From NCBI RefSeq assembly GCF_964213995.1, contig NC_135809.1, positions 45,694,001 to 45,758,000 of the forward strand: a stretch of DNA of 64,000 nt. Reading direction: 5' to 3'. Below, one piece after another: positions 49,560 to 62,524 of the stretch. The notes beneath the pieces are model-generated. The model had not been told where the DNA came from and made no database searches. It was given only the letters and a program-made list of their open reading frames with translations. Source of the DNA: Mustelus asterias. Taxonomy: Eukaryota. A program made the position numbers and the translations under genes. The stretch's first letter is position 1; every line of letters begins with the position of its first letter.

Positions 49560-50620
49560 GTGATGTGATCTGGTGTTGAGTGTCCCTAGTAGAACCCAAA
49601 CTGTGCACTGGTGAGCAGGGTATTGCTAAGTAAATGCCACTCGATAGCACTCCCAATGACATCTTCCACCACTGCTCCTTATTTGAAAGAATGATGAGGC
49701 AGTCATTGGCCAGATTAGATTTGTTCTACTTTTGGGGAGAGAACATACCAGAACAATTTTCCAAGATGTTGTGCAGAGGACAGTGTTGTAGCTATACAGG
49801 AACAGCTGGCTAGAGCACAGGTCTTCAGCGCCACAGCTGGATTTTGACAGAGCCCATAATATTTGCTGGATTTAATTCATTTAGCCATTTCTTGTTATCA
49901 CATGAAATCAATTGAATTGGCTGAAGACTGGCTTCTGCGATGGCGCCTGGAAGAGGCTGAGTTGGATATTGCTTTTGATTTGTTGTTTGTATTCGCACGC
50001 TAGACTGTGCATCATTGGTGATGAGAACATTCATACAGCCTGCTCTTCCTGTTAGTTGTTTAATTATCCAGCAGCATTCACAGCTGGATGTGGCAAGATT
50101 GTAGGGCCTTGATCAGCTCTGTCTATGGCGTGCCGCTTCTGCTGCTTGGCATCCATGTCGTCCTGAGTTGTAGCTTCCCTAGGTTGGCATCTTATTTGAT
50201 TTATTATTGTCACATGTACTGGGATACAGTGTATAGTTTCTTGCACGCCGTACAGCCAAAACATATCGTTTATAGAGTACATAGGGGAAAAGGAAAGGAT
50301 AGGGTACAGAATGTGGTGTTACAATTACAGGTAGGGCGAAGAGAAAGGTCAGCTTAATATATGATCGGACCATTCAAAAGCATATTTTTACGTACACTTG
50401 CTACTGCTCCTGGCATACTGTCCCACACACCTCATTGAACCAGGAATGGTCCTCTGACTTGGTGCTAACGGTAGAATGGGGGAAATGCTAGGCTACAAGG
50501 ATATAAATGGTGTCGGAATTAAATTCTGCTGCCCCTGGCGGTCCACAGTGCCTTATGGACGGCCAGTTTGGAGCTGATCAGTTCTGAATCTATTCTATTC
50601 AGCACAGCACTAGTGTCACA
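49560..50620 (-). mobile_element. Zenon/CR1-like LINE remnant with a nested Rex 3' end
   Basis: Similar to 29.2-30.1 kb and 31036-31125. Confidence 0.6.
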
Positions 50621-52752
50621 ACTGAATGGAACCAGTCCCCCTCTTTTCCCTCCCCTCCTCCTCCTGTCCTCACTCACTTGCTGGGAAGCTGCTGACAGAG
50701 GGAGTCACTCATGGTGGGGAGGTTGAGCAGCATACAGCAGACTGCCGTGATTCTTCACATCTACTCTTGTCTGTGAAGTATTGCACGGACCCTCCAGAAT
50801 GGTCCAGGCAGCAGAAACAGTGTTTCAAGATACCAATGGTTTAATGTGGCACCATGGCTTTCAATGCATTCATTCTGCATACAATAGATCCGACTCATCA
50901 CCCATGTGGTCAGCAGACGGCCCTTGTTGTCCAGTAGCCACCCTTTGGATTGCTGTGTTGGCTCGAATGAAGTTGCCATAAGAGGCAGCCGCAAAACTGA
51001 GGTATTATAACTACTTCTGGGATATTGTCCTGGATAATGTGTTGCCTGTGGAGATATACCAGCTGGGCACTGAGAGAGCTGAATGCCCTCCTGTTCTGGT
51101 ATAGGGTACCCACAAAGCCATGTGTATGTTGCCAATGATGCCCTGCTCTATGGGAAAACCTACCACTCCAATGAGGGTGCATTCTCACTCCAGCTGCTGC
51201 TCTCTGGCTACAGGTATGAAATGGTCAGCTCTCTGCAACAGAGACCCCTTTACACAACAATGAATGGCAAACAGAGAAATGTTGCAAATATCACCAGCTC
51301 CAGCCGAGAAGGTGCCGGACACACAAATATTCATGGCCACAGCCACCTTCACACCATTGGCGATGCGGTCCTTATCCTGCTCTGTGGCTGCAGCAGGTGG
51401 CAGTTTTCACTGAGCACCTCTTTACTGAAGATGTCTCACACACTGTTCCTTGCTGAGGTTCAGGCAGGAGAATTACTTCCTCAAGATCCTGGGTGAATAT
51501 GGCCTCCTGCTGAGTGCCCTCGACAGCTCCTCCTCCCTCTTCTGGCAGCTTGTCCTCCACTTATTCTCTCCGTCCTGCAGTGTTCCAGAGGAAGTGCCAA
51601 GTGATGTAGGGCGTCTGGGGGGAATTGGTTTGTGTACAATGCTTGAAGTCAGCACATGCTACACATCACCCTGCAGACAGTTACAACGTGATACAACTAT
51701 AGAAAGCAGCAAACGTTATCGAATCATAGCAACTATCAGAAGAAATCACCCAGCAACTGCCCTGTAAGCAGTTGGTTACTCATTTAAATAGCGCTGCTGA
51801 AGGATCTGTCTTGCTGTTAACCTCTCAGATTTGAACATGGGTTAAAAGCAGACTTTAATGGGAGCACTCAACTCTAAAATGTACCACTGGCATCAAGGCA
51901 GATCTGCATACTGATTGACACCATTGACACTATGATCTGCCTGCTCTGCATACATCTAGCAGGTGTGAGCTGCACAGGTGCTAACACCCTCATCAAGATG
52001 GAATCCAGCAGGGTGCGTGACAGTGTGCAGGTACATACTGGACACCATTTTGGTTGCCAAATGGCCCACATAGCATCTAAAGCCCAATTTTGTTCCCACT
52101 GGATGTTCCCATCCTCAAGCGCTTTTGACATATTAATATGGGTGAAAAGAGTAGACTGGGCTATTTCTAATATTGGAACAGGAACATTACTTGATGTTTA
52201 ATTTCTGTGGACTTGCTGCATTAAAATACATAGTAGATTAGGAGTATTTTTGTGAAGTTTGCGCTTTATGCATCATGTTTTTAAAAAAAGGACAGCATGC
52301 CCTCAATTCAACCATTCCCCACGGTCATCCCATAAGTTATTACAACAACCTGATATTAAATATCATGGAAGACACGGCAATCAAAAGGGACGGGATTCAG
52401 TTGGAGAGAGGATGGGGAGTATAGAATGAATTAGTTGAGCAGTTTGAAAGTGCTGCAGTCTCACAACCATACCAAAAAATTTAACCACTTCCCTTTTTAT
52501 ATTAAAAGCACTCGACCTAGTTTAGATTGCAAGTGTTCCAGATGAAACTTAATACATCATAAATGTGGACTTGCAATATAATTTCAAGCGTTTGAGAACA
52601 AAGATGTCTGTAAGTTAGTGAAAGTCCTGATGCACACAGCAGTTATCGTCACCACACTCCTGAACTGCAGTGAGGCCTAAATGGTATATCAGCCACACAC
52701 AACAGTGCTGGAGAAACAACCACGCCACAGCCTCTGGATTCAGTGGGAGAAC

Positions 52753-53590
52753 ACAGTAAGAAGTTTAACAACACCAGGTTAAAGTCCAACAGGTTTATTT
52801 GGTAGCAAAAGCCACACAAGCTTTCGGAGCTGCAAGCCCCTTCTTCAGGTGAGTGGGAATTCTGTTCACAAACAGAGCATATAAAGACACAAACTCAATT
52901 TACATGAATAATGGTTGGAATGCGAATACTTACAACTAATCAAGTCTTTAAGAAACAAAACAACATGAGTGGAGAGAGCATCAAGACAGGCTAAAAAGAT
53001 GTGTATTGTCTCCAGACAAGACAGCCAGTGAAACTCTGTGGGGGTTACAAATAGTGGGACATGAACCCAATATCCCGGTTGAGGCTGTCCTCGTGTGTGC
53101 GGAACTTGGCTATCAGTTTCTGCTCAGCGACTCTGTGCCGTCGCCTTTTTCGCGGCCTTCGCAACACACGACGGCGCAGAGTCGCTGAGCAGAAACTGAT
53201 AGCCAAGTTCCGCACACACGAGGACGGCCTCAACCGGGATATTGGGTTCATGTCCCACTATTTGTAACCCCCACAGAGTTTCACTGGCTGTCTTGTCTGG
53301 AGACAATACACATCTTTTTAGCCTGTCTTGATGCTCTCTCCACTCATGTTGTTTTGTTTCTTAAAGACTTGATTAGTTGTAAGTATTCGCATTCCAACCA
53401 TTATTCATGTAAATTGAGTTTGTGTCTTTATATGCTCTGTTTGTGAACAGAATTCCCACTCACCTGAAGAAGGGGCTTGCAGCTCCGAAAGCTTGTGTGG
53501 CTTTTGCTACCAAATAAACCTGTTGGACTTTAACTTGGTGTTGTTAAACCTCTTACTTTGTTTACCTCAGTCCAACGCCGGCATCTCCAC
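52753..53590 (+). mobile_element. Penelope-like element forming an 803-bp near-perfect palindrome
   Basis: 14-bp TSD TTCAGTGGGAGAAC; arms 52755-53143 / 53169-53557; GIY-YIG C-terminus RRVAEQKLIAKFRTHEDGLNRDIGFMSHYL on both strands; 33-bp unpaired 3' extension. Confidence 0.95.
53461..53497 (+). ncRNA. Minimal hammerhead ribozyme motif (mirror copy at 52815-52851, minus strand)
   Basis: CAC-CTGAAGA-a-GGGGC ttgca GCTCC-GAAA-GCTT-GTG. Confidence 0.78.
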
Positions 53591-53619
53591 TTCAGTGGGA
53601 GAACCATTGAACAAATATT

Positions 53620-54197
53620 GTTTTCTTTTATTTATTCTTCCCTGGTAGGCAAAGCCAGTATTTGATTGCCCATCCATATTTGCCCTTGAACTGAATTGTT
53701 TGTTAAACCACTTCGAGGGCAGTTGAGAGTCAGCCACATTGCTGTGGATCTGGAGCCACATGTAGGCCAGACCAGGTAAGGGCGGCAGATTTCCTTCCCT
53801 AAAGGACATTTGTGAACCAGATGGGTTTTTAATGACAATTGATGATAATCACCATTTCTGAGAGGAGCTTTTCAATTCCAGATTCAATTCCAGAGGGTAG
53901 CACAGTGGCTAGCACTGCTTCCTCACAGTGCCAGGACATGGGCTTGATTCTGGCCTTGGGTGACTGTCTATGTGGAGTTTGCACATTCTCCCTGTGTCTG
54001 CGTGCGTTTCCTCCGGCTGCTCTGGTTTCCTCCCACAGCCCAAAGATGTGCGGGTTAGGTGGATTAGCCATGTTATATGCGCGGAGTTATGGGGATTGGG
54101 GGCGGGGGGAATGGCGGTGTAAGATGCTCCTTCAGAGAGTTGGTACAGACTTTATGGGCCAAATGGCCTCCTTCTGCATTGTAGGGATTCTATGATT
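53620..54197. mobile_element. tRNA-SINE 3' part (-, about 53620-53890) abutting an HE1 SINE (+, about 53896-54197)
   Basis: Matches to the 6263 and 4996 families respectively. Confidence 0.8.
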
Positions 54198-55399
54198 TTA
54201 CTAGAAACATAGAAGATACGAGCAGGAGGAGGCTGCTGTCAGACTTTTGAATGGACTTCCCTTGCATTAACCTGATCTTTCGCTACACCCTAGCTATGAC
54301 TGTAACACTACATTCTGCACTCTCTCGTTTCCTTCTCTATGAACGGTATGTTTTGTCTATAGCGTGCAAGAAACAATACTTTTCATTGTATACTAATGCA
54401 TGTGATAATAATAAATCAAATCAAAAATCAAAAAAAATCTTATCAAATGGAGGAGTAGGCTGGAGAGGCCAAATGGCCTATTCTTCTACACCAAATTGGT
54501 AAATTTGTGTCTATAATTGCTTTCTGCAAGAGCAACTGAGCCAGTCTCACTCCCCTGTCTTTTCCTCATTGCCCTGCAACTTTTTCTCCTGCAGATAAAT
54601 ATTTAATTCCCAACCTGTCCTGGATTACTGTTCCCACTACTGAGGTTAAACTGAGCAGCTTCTAGTTGCGGAATCTTTACCTCCCTCTTTCAATGTGCAA
54701 CTCTCCAGTTCTCTGGCACTAGCCCTGAATTTAAGGAGATTGAGCAGTTTATAGCCAGTGCCTCTGCAATTTCCACTCTTACTTCTCTCAAAGAATTCCA
54801 CTGACATTGAAGAACTAACAAATAGATTTCACCAGGATATTGTTGGACTACAGAACAATTCGAGCTCTCACTTTGATTTTTATTTGCCTGTTTTCCCCAA
54901 TCCTTTCCTAAACATGGTGGATGGGGAGATAAAAGAGAAAATGGTTTCTTGCAATTGGTTATAGTAATCAGTTAAACACATAATCAAAAAGCCAAGCCAT
55001 AAAGATTGCTCTGGCCGTGCCACAGATATGACAGGAACAACATGCACTGCACACAGACGGGTTACACTTGACAGGTCTACTGCAAGCAGCAGCTTCTAAA
55101 ACATGGATCATAACAACATTCTTCATGGTCCAGTAAGAATTAGTTACAATAATTGTGGTTCTCCCAATGGATAATGGTATATCCCAATATGGAGTTAGTT
55201 GTACAAACAAGGAAGGTTTTTGCAGCGTGTGTTTGTTTTGCAGCCGGATGGGGCAGTAGTTGGCTTCCTGATCCTATACGTGGATGTGACTTCAGAGAAA
55301 GACAACGTTGAGTGTGATTGAGAGTCCCTCCACAATTGTAAAAAAAGGCTTTCAATGCACAACTTACACTCACATATCAAGATTGGTTATATGGAAGAG

Positions 55400-55693
55400 T
55401 CACCTCAGAGTGAAGGGACGCTCCTTTAAAACTGAGATGAGGAGGAATTTCTTCAGCCAGAGGGTGGAGAATTTGTGAAACTCATTGCCACAGAGGGCTG
55501 TGGAGGCCAGGTCATTGAGTGTCTTTAAGACAGAGATAGATAGGTTCTTGAAAAATAAAGGGATCAAAGGGTAAGGGGAGAAGCAGGAGAATGGGGATGA
55601 GAATCATATCAGCCACGATTGAATGGCAGAGCAGACTCGATGGGCCGAATGGCCTAATTCTGCTCCTACATCTTGTCATCTTATGGTCTTATG
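55400..55693 (+). mobile_element. CR1 3' end
   Basis: GAGATGAGGAGGAATTTCTTCAGCCAGAGGGTGG...CTTATGGTCTTATG. Confidence 0.88.
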
Positions 55694-56089
55694 ACTGTCA
55701 GCAGCTATGGGACCTATGACAAGGAACATACATCTTGGGCAGGGAGAGCAGAAAGTTGGAGGGAAATGATAAAAGTAACACTTGATCATTTGTTTGCAAC
55801 TTTTAACACCTGGGAGTGCTGCAAGTAAATACGTCATTTTAGCAGTTCTCTGCTCAGCCAGTGAGTCGGCAGTGCAGTGAAAAAGACTTTAAACAATCAT
55901 CTTACTCACGTCAATGACATGACCAACTTGATCTGATGCCCTTACTGAATAAAAAACTGGTTTTGGAGAGAGAGCTCAGTCATCCAACAACTCAAATTCT
56001 CTTCCTGCACCTAGTGGTGCACTAAGGCAGACTTTCATCCATTTCCAGAGGTAGTAATTCCCAGAACAGGTCACTAGTCTGTCACCAGG

Positions 56090-56316
56090 GGCTTATAGCT
56101 TGAGGGGATGCCACTCCACATCAAGCGTGGCTGACCAGGAGTCTCTCCTGCTCTTACCATCAGTCATTGGTATGTTTGGAAGGGTTTGCAGGTTGACATT
56201 AAACCTGTTGATTGCATTATGAACACACCTTCCTTGGCCATCAAGTCCTGGGGAGGGACTCGAACCCAGAGCTTCCGGCTTACAGGCACGGACGCTACCC
56301 ACTGGCCACAAGACCC
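56090..56316 (-). mobile_element. tRNA-derived SINE (another family)
   Basis: Minus-strand head GGTCTTGTGGCCAGTGGGTAGCG...GGTTCGAGTCCC with A and B boxes, followed by a non-tRNA body. Confidence 0.65.
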
Positions 56317-58552
56317 AAGTCAGCTATCTTTTGAGAATTAATCTTGATATCAGAACCAATCTTGGATCCCAGAAGCATCTGAAACAATAATATAATCATT
56401 TAATCTTTCTGTGAGCAAATCAAATTTACAAAGGCATCAATATAAAATTATTTGGAAATTGTGTATGCTGCTCATGAGAAGTTTTTGAATATACTTTTTT
56501 AAGAGCAACACTGTCATTAAATTATATCAAATGTGCAATTGTGTGCAAGATGGTTGTTTTAAGGTCACAAGACCTAACAACTTGTAAATAGATGCATCTT
56601 CAGGTCAATTAGAGGATTATTTCTCAGTTACTTCCTGAAACAATTGAAAAGAGGGATCATTTCTCTGTACGGTAGCAGCCTGAATTCATGATTAGTTTTC
56701 TTTCATGAAAGAAAGAAAAAATCTTCATCTGAAAGCCCTGTGTATATACCAGCAACTCTGCATTGATGTTTAAGATGTGCTGCTTTATCAGACCAGTTCA
56801 GTCTCATTCACAACTCCTCTCATCATAAAAATAGCAGCACATGGCTGTACCTGGAATAACATCCTTGCTTGGATGAACAAATGGTAGGTAACATTCATGC
56901 CAATACATGCCAGGTAATGGCCATCGCAAACAAGAGAAAGGCCAACCATGTCCTTGTGACCTTCAGTGACACCACCATGGCTGAGTTCCCCCACCATCAG
57001 CATCGTTGGAGCATTAGCCAGGAGCTGATTTGCACCAGCCATATAAACACCAAGAGCAGGGGGCAGGATGCTCTAGCAATAAGTGGCTTACCTCCTGATC
57101 TCTTGAAGGCTCTTCATCATTCATGAAGAGCAATGGAATACTCATCACTTGCCTGGATGGACGCAGTGCATCAACATTCAAGAAGCTGAACACCATCTTG
57201 GTCAAAACAGTGTAATAGTTCATCACCCTACCAATGGAATCAATATTGACCCACCGTTCAACCTACTCAGTAGAATCCTTGCTGTGATATTTAGAGCGTG
57301 TTACAAAGTTATAGTGCATGAGCTGAAATCTCCAAAACTTGGCCGGCTCAGAGAGCCAGACGTTCCTGTTTTAAGAATTAATTACAAAACAAACAAACGA
57401 TCAATCTTGTCTGGAGTAATTTTTGTCAAAATGCTAAAGTACAGTGATATAAATCACAATTTCAAATTCTAAAAATGAATTACTTCATGTGAAGTTGTAA
57501 ACCATTAATTTGCCTTGGAGCCTGAAGGTCAACAGCACAAAAAGAAACATTGTTTCAGAAAATTCTGTGAATTCACAGATGACTATCAGTTGAGTTTTTG
57601 GAAGGAGTTCTCCCCAGAGGTGCCTTTCACAGCAGCGTCCTCAGGAATGATCAACCACAGTACTGTAGAACTTTGCCCTAATGTTCTTGGTGCAGAGTGG
57701 AGGGAGGCCATATGCAGAATGATTTCAGCCCATGTAACACAGCCTTCACATTCATTTTCGTGTGAAAACAAATAATTTATAGATCCCTTATTAAACAGAG
57801 AAACCACATTCAACACCACTGCTGCAACACTTCATAACAATATGGAATACCCAGACCTTGTATAAACCTAATTATGCCTCCCGCATTTAAAACTATATTA
57901 AACCCACTTTTCTTTTACATACTCAATGCTATCCTACTCTTTCACATGACTTTTATACATAAAGATCGTATACAACTTTTCTAATTTTCAAGATTTTGCA
58001 CTTTAGAGAAGCTTGCATTTGCTAAATGAAACAATCTGTTTTAGATATAAACAGTTGAGGAAAGCATCAATGACAGATGGGAGAAAGAGCGACAGAGTCA
58101 GAGAGAGAGAGAGCACAGGACAGGCAGATGGTGACAGGCAGATAGAGAAAGGAGATTGATTGTGGGAGTCAAATGAAAACAGCCTTTCAGCTACTTTTTA
58201 ATGAGGTGTTGAAGATTGTTTTTTGGTGAACTCTGTTACTATACAATGCTGATATAAGGGTGACTCACCTATATTTTGACTATACCCTCACAGCAATCCC
58301 TTCCATTCAAAAGGCAGTGTGGTGTCAGCACACGGCTGGAATAGATGAGTGAACATCCAATTTCTCCCAGCCATAGATTTGCAAGCACTTATTTATGTTT
58401 ATTGGTTTAGGAAATAATTTAAGCATTACTGAATTGTTTTTGCCTCTACTTTTCCAGAGCATGCATCTTCTTCAGTTGGGGAGCTATTCTTTTTCTCCCA
58501 GTCCTTAACTGGACGCAAGAAAATGCAGTAGCTGCACCTCTGCAAGACAGGG

Positions 58553-58867
58553 AAACCAGAACTAGAGGGCACAGCCTCAAAATAAGGGGGGGCCGGTTCA
58601 GAACAGAGTTGAGGGGGAACTTCTTCTCTCAGAGGGTAGTGAATCTCTGGAATTCTCTACCCATTGAAGTGGTGGAGGCTTCCTCGTTGAATATGTTTAA
58701 ATCACGGGTAGATAGTTTTCTGATCGATAAGGGAATTAGGGGATATGGGGAGCAGGCGGGTAAGTGGAACTGATTCGCTTCAGATCAGCCATGATCTTGT
58801 TGAATGGCGGGGCAGGCTCGAAGGGCCAGATGGCCTACTCCTGCTCCTATTTCTTATGTTCTTATGT
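58553..58867 (+). mobile_element. CR1 3' end (same subfamily as the split copy at 47430-48571)
   Basis: AGAACTAGAGGGCACAGCCTCAAAATAA...CTTATGTTCTTATG. Confidence 0.9.
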
Positions 58868-59613
58868 ATGATTAAGATAAAGACAGGTAGGTAAGGAGGT
58901 GGCAGTGGCAGCCTTAGGCCTATAGTACAGAGACTTTGTTGTACAGTACTTCACATTTTAGGCAGGACAGTCTTGAATGTATCCTCACATTTCTCTTTTA
59001 CAAAGATAATACTGTCTTCAGTAAGTTTACCATAAGAGATACAAATTGCAGTAACATGATGGGATCAGAAATGTAATTGGATTTCAAATCTGGATCCCCA
59101 GCACCCAGATTGACAGATTGTGCCATGAACAATACATGGGGATTGCTCATGTGTCCTTATGGGTGGCTATTCTGCTGGGTTTGCGTACCTGAATTTACAT
59201 ATGATGAACACATATGTAAGTTAATGCTTTTGCCTTTCTGATATTTCACTAATTTGCTCCATTTAGAGTGGGGGAATTGTTTTAAACAGATTAGTTCATG
59301 ATGGCAATGTTTTGTTGCCATGCATAAAACACATTAAGGTCTTCTGTGTAACTTTCAGAAGGGAACTTCAGTACAAATTTGTAAACATGTTGTACTAGTT
59401 TGGCACCAATATTATGAGGGCTATGTGGGTGCTTCGAACAGAGGCTTTGAATGGAATGTAAGTTTAAGAGAGTTAAGCATTGGCTTGAGTGGGTTTCAAT
59501 GTAAAAAAAGACTACTTTGAAATGTAAAATGAGTTACTGCAATTGTTATTATTTCAGAGAGTAAGAGTCTTCACTAACAGCAAGAGATACAATGAAGAGA
59601 AACAATCTTCTGT

Positions 59614-59939
59614 GGGCGGCACGGTGGCACAGTGGTTAGCACTGCTGCCTCATAGCTCCAGAGACCTGGGTTCAACTCCTGGCTTGGGTCACTGTCTGTG
59701 TGGATTTTGCATGTTCTCCCCGTGTCTGCGTGGGTTTCCTCCGGGTGCTCTGGTTTCCTCCCACAGTCCAAAGATGTGCGGGTTAGGTGCCCCTTAGTGT
59801 CCCGGGATATGTAGGTTGGAGGGATGAGTGGGTTAAAAATGTGGGATTACGGGGATTGGGCCTGGGCGGGATTGTTGTCGGTGCAGACTCGATGGGCCAA
59901 ATGGCCTCCTTCTGCACTGTAGCGTTTCTATGTTTCTAT
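59614..59939 (+). mobile_element. HE1-type V-SINE
   Basis: Head, V-domain and TTTCTATG tail all present. Confidence 0.92.
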
Positions 59940-60409
59940 AAAAGACCAATAAATATACCGTTGATGGCATTCATTAAGGGGGGATTGTCTGGCAAGACAG
60001 AGATGAACTTTGTGTCTTCAAAAATCCAAACTATAGTTCAGAATTTAGAACGGTGATGGGGAAAGCTGAACTCTGCACACACTCCCAGACTCTCTTAAAT
60101 AGCTTACTCGAGTGTATAGTGGTGCTGAAAAGTAATTTCTGAAAACATGCTGGCACAGTTATTCAGCCTTGTATCTCAAATTAACCATCCGTTTTAACTG
60201 TAACTAATGATATGATTTATAAAGCTGTAACAGAAAGAAGGAACTTGTACTTACTGCATTTGCTGGACCATAAAACACATTTTATTCTGGGAAAAAGGTC
60301 ACCTTAGATTTTATAGTGTGGAGATAACATCCAAATATTTACCAAATATTTCCTTTTAAAATTCTGATGTGTCTTAGGTTTGGCTAATGTGGTATGTATG
60401 TATCCCCAT

Positions 60410-60740
60410 TCATAATGTCACGGCATCTCAAAGCACTTTACTACCAACAAAAATGCTTTTGAAATGTAGCCACTGCTGTGATGTACAAAATGTGCCAGCC
60501 AATTTGCACACAGCAAGATCCCACAAACAGCAATGAGATAGATATTGACCATAAATGATGGTGGCTGAGGGATAACTATTGGCCAGGTCACTGAGAAGAC
60601 CCTATTTTTCTACAAATCAGTGCTAGGGGATCTTTTACATTCAGCTTAGAGGGCAAACTGGACCTCAGTTTAAAGTCCCATCCAAAGGCAACACCACTGG
60701 ACGTTCAGCACCCACACAGTACTGCAGTTGTCAGCCAGCC
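60410..60740 (-). mobile_element. Deu-domain SINE remnant
   Basis: Reverse complement of ATTGCTGTTTGTGGGATCTTGCTGTGTGCAAATTGGCTG and TGTAAAAGATCCC. Confidence 0.75.
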
Positions 60741-61822
60741 TTAATTGCATGGCCAACTAAAAACCAGTGTTATGGAGTTAGTTGTAAAGAGCCCAATGAA
60801 GAAAATACAAGCTGCTCTTTGAATTCACTTTACCTTCATTATGCATTAGTTGGGTTGAATTTTGCACTTATGAAAGTAAATGGTCGGTGCCAGGAAAATG
60901 AACAGTTTTGGTGATCAAATGGCAGTGCCGAAAGCGAGGTACACCACAGTTTGATGTAAAACCCTCTCCCTCAGCAATGTATAACCCAAAACCTCAGAAC
61001 ACTGCCCCCTGCTGCATTAGTGTACCACCGTCACACAGCAAACCCTCCCCTGTGGTCTCCCAGTTAGTGTCAATTTAATGTGCAATGCATTCACCCAGAA
61101 CTGGAATCCGAATTGGCCAAATCTCATTCCCAGTTTACCTACAGTGTACAGAAAAAATGAGACCTTCAGCCGCCTGTAAAGACTTGAACTCAAGTTCTGG
61201 GAAACGAAAGGACAGTGTGCTAACTTGCTGTGCCACCCTGTGCATCTCCTGGAGGCACACTGCTGGCTAGCCAGAAACACTATCCTTGCTGCAACACACA
61301 GTCTGGTCCCATCAGATACTGTGGGGGGAACATTCATACTGAACAATCAGCATGTTTACAGATGGACAGGGACTTTACCGTTCAATTCAACCGCAGTCAT
61401 GGGGTGGAATTAACACTGATCTTTCAAATAGATTTCCCCCCTAAATGATACGAGAACCGACTCATTCCACAGTTCTCATTCGAGTTGGGAACTGCACACA
61501 AGTTGCATTTCAATGCACCTGAACTACAAAACGCTGGTGCCAAAAGTCATCCAAGTTTGCCTCGAAAACAGAGTCCCAGCATTGCTGCTTTAAATCCAGC
61601 TAAGACATCGTTTGCTTGGGAAGAGCAGGAAAAGCTCTTGTGGCAGCATCTAATTTCCCAAGACAATTCCTAGCCCGTTTTAGCACCTCCCGGAATCAGA
61701 CTCCCTGGCTATCCATCCTCCCTCTCGGGATTTGACCTGTCATCATCATGTTAAAAGGCAGCAATTAAAAAGGGAGCACCTCTCTGTCCGCTGATAAAGA
61801 TATAAGATTGCTTTTCACCTAC

Positions 61823-62130
61823 CGTAACTTGCAGCCGCTGCAGACAGCGACAGTGAGATGCCAGCAGCAATGGTCAGCGGCAGCTTCTGCAGCTCCCAAC
61901 TGCAAATCTTTTATTCATCAAACGATGCGATTCACCAACTGACCAGTTTCACCGTACCCAGAGAACAAACCCATCCACCTCTGGCTTGCACAGAGGGTTC
62001 CCCTCTGCCACTGAACGTACGGCTCGCCTCACAACAGTTTTGTCCGTTGTCTTGTGTCTTAATAATAATCTCTACTTCCCCCTTTCTCTTTGCTGGTCTT
62101 GCAGCCGACCGGCATGTGTGAGATGTTTGC
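61823..62130 (-). other. Candidate distal non-coding first exon of PRR5
   Basis: Unique, relatively CpG-retaining sequence ending in a strong minus-strand donor, ACG|GTAGGT at 61823/61822. Only short uORFs; 5' end unknown. Confidence 0.35.
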
Positions 62131-62524
62131 AAGTGGAGGGAGGGAGGGAGGTTGTTGAGGGGGTTTTAAATGCACAACGTGCTTACTGCAAACTGAACTG
62201 CTGGAGTAAAGCCAGGAGAGGGGACTTCAAGGCAACATCCGCCCCCAAACCACAGCAGCACAAACACAAATGGTACGTCAGAAGCAAAGGCCAAGATATG
62301 AATAAGTGATTAGCTTTCCGCTGGCTTCTTTTCCCTTGTCTCTTAATGAGATAGCAGGCTGTGCCACAACAGCACCTTCATTGTATTTGTCTAGGGATCC
62401 TGTAAATAAATAAAGGGCAATTTGTAAATGTACTGGCTTGATAAACACAGCTTTTTAAAAGAGTAATCCTATTGTGTTTGTAAAGGGAGGTTAGTCCTGT
62501 GTCATTTACCACTTCAGCGACAAC

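Larger units (their letters stand above)
46985..52100. mobile_element. Second, older Harbinger transposon: Myb gene (+, about 47250-49500) and transposase (-, about 50640-51560), with many nested insertions
   Basis: Plus strand: KFSD..LEVLVEEVERRRDAL / WEQIA..FNDL, exon 2 CAG|GAGAAGATGG. Minus strand: ALSRRPYSPRIL, VKVAVAMNICVSGTFSAGAGDICNIS, NRRAFSSLSAQLV, WLLDNKG, ILKHCFCCLDHSGG. Ends uncertain. Confidence 0.75.

Noticed and set aside
34847-52100. Host genes HARBI1 or NAIF1
   Set aside because: Both loci have stops, frameshifts and (in the second) nested insertions, and show the two-gene transposon layout.
55360-55376. Tandem minus-strand donor motifs GTGAGT-GTAAGT
   Set aside because: Weak exonic context and no plausible upstream exon, since a CR1 fragment lies there.
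56240-56316. tRNA gene
   Set aside because: A and B boxes are present, but it continues into a SINE-like body and I could not support a canonical cloverleaf by eye; tRNAscan-SE would settle it.
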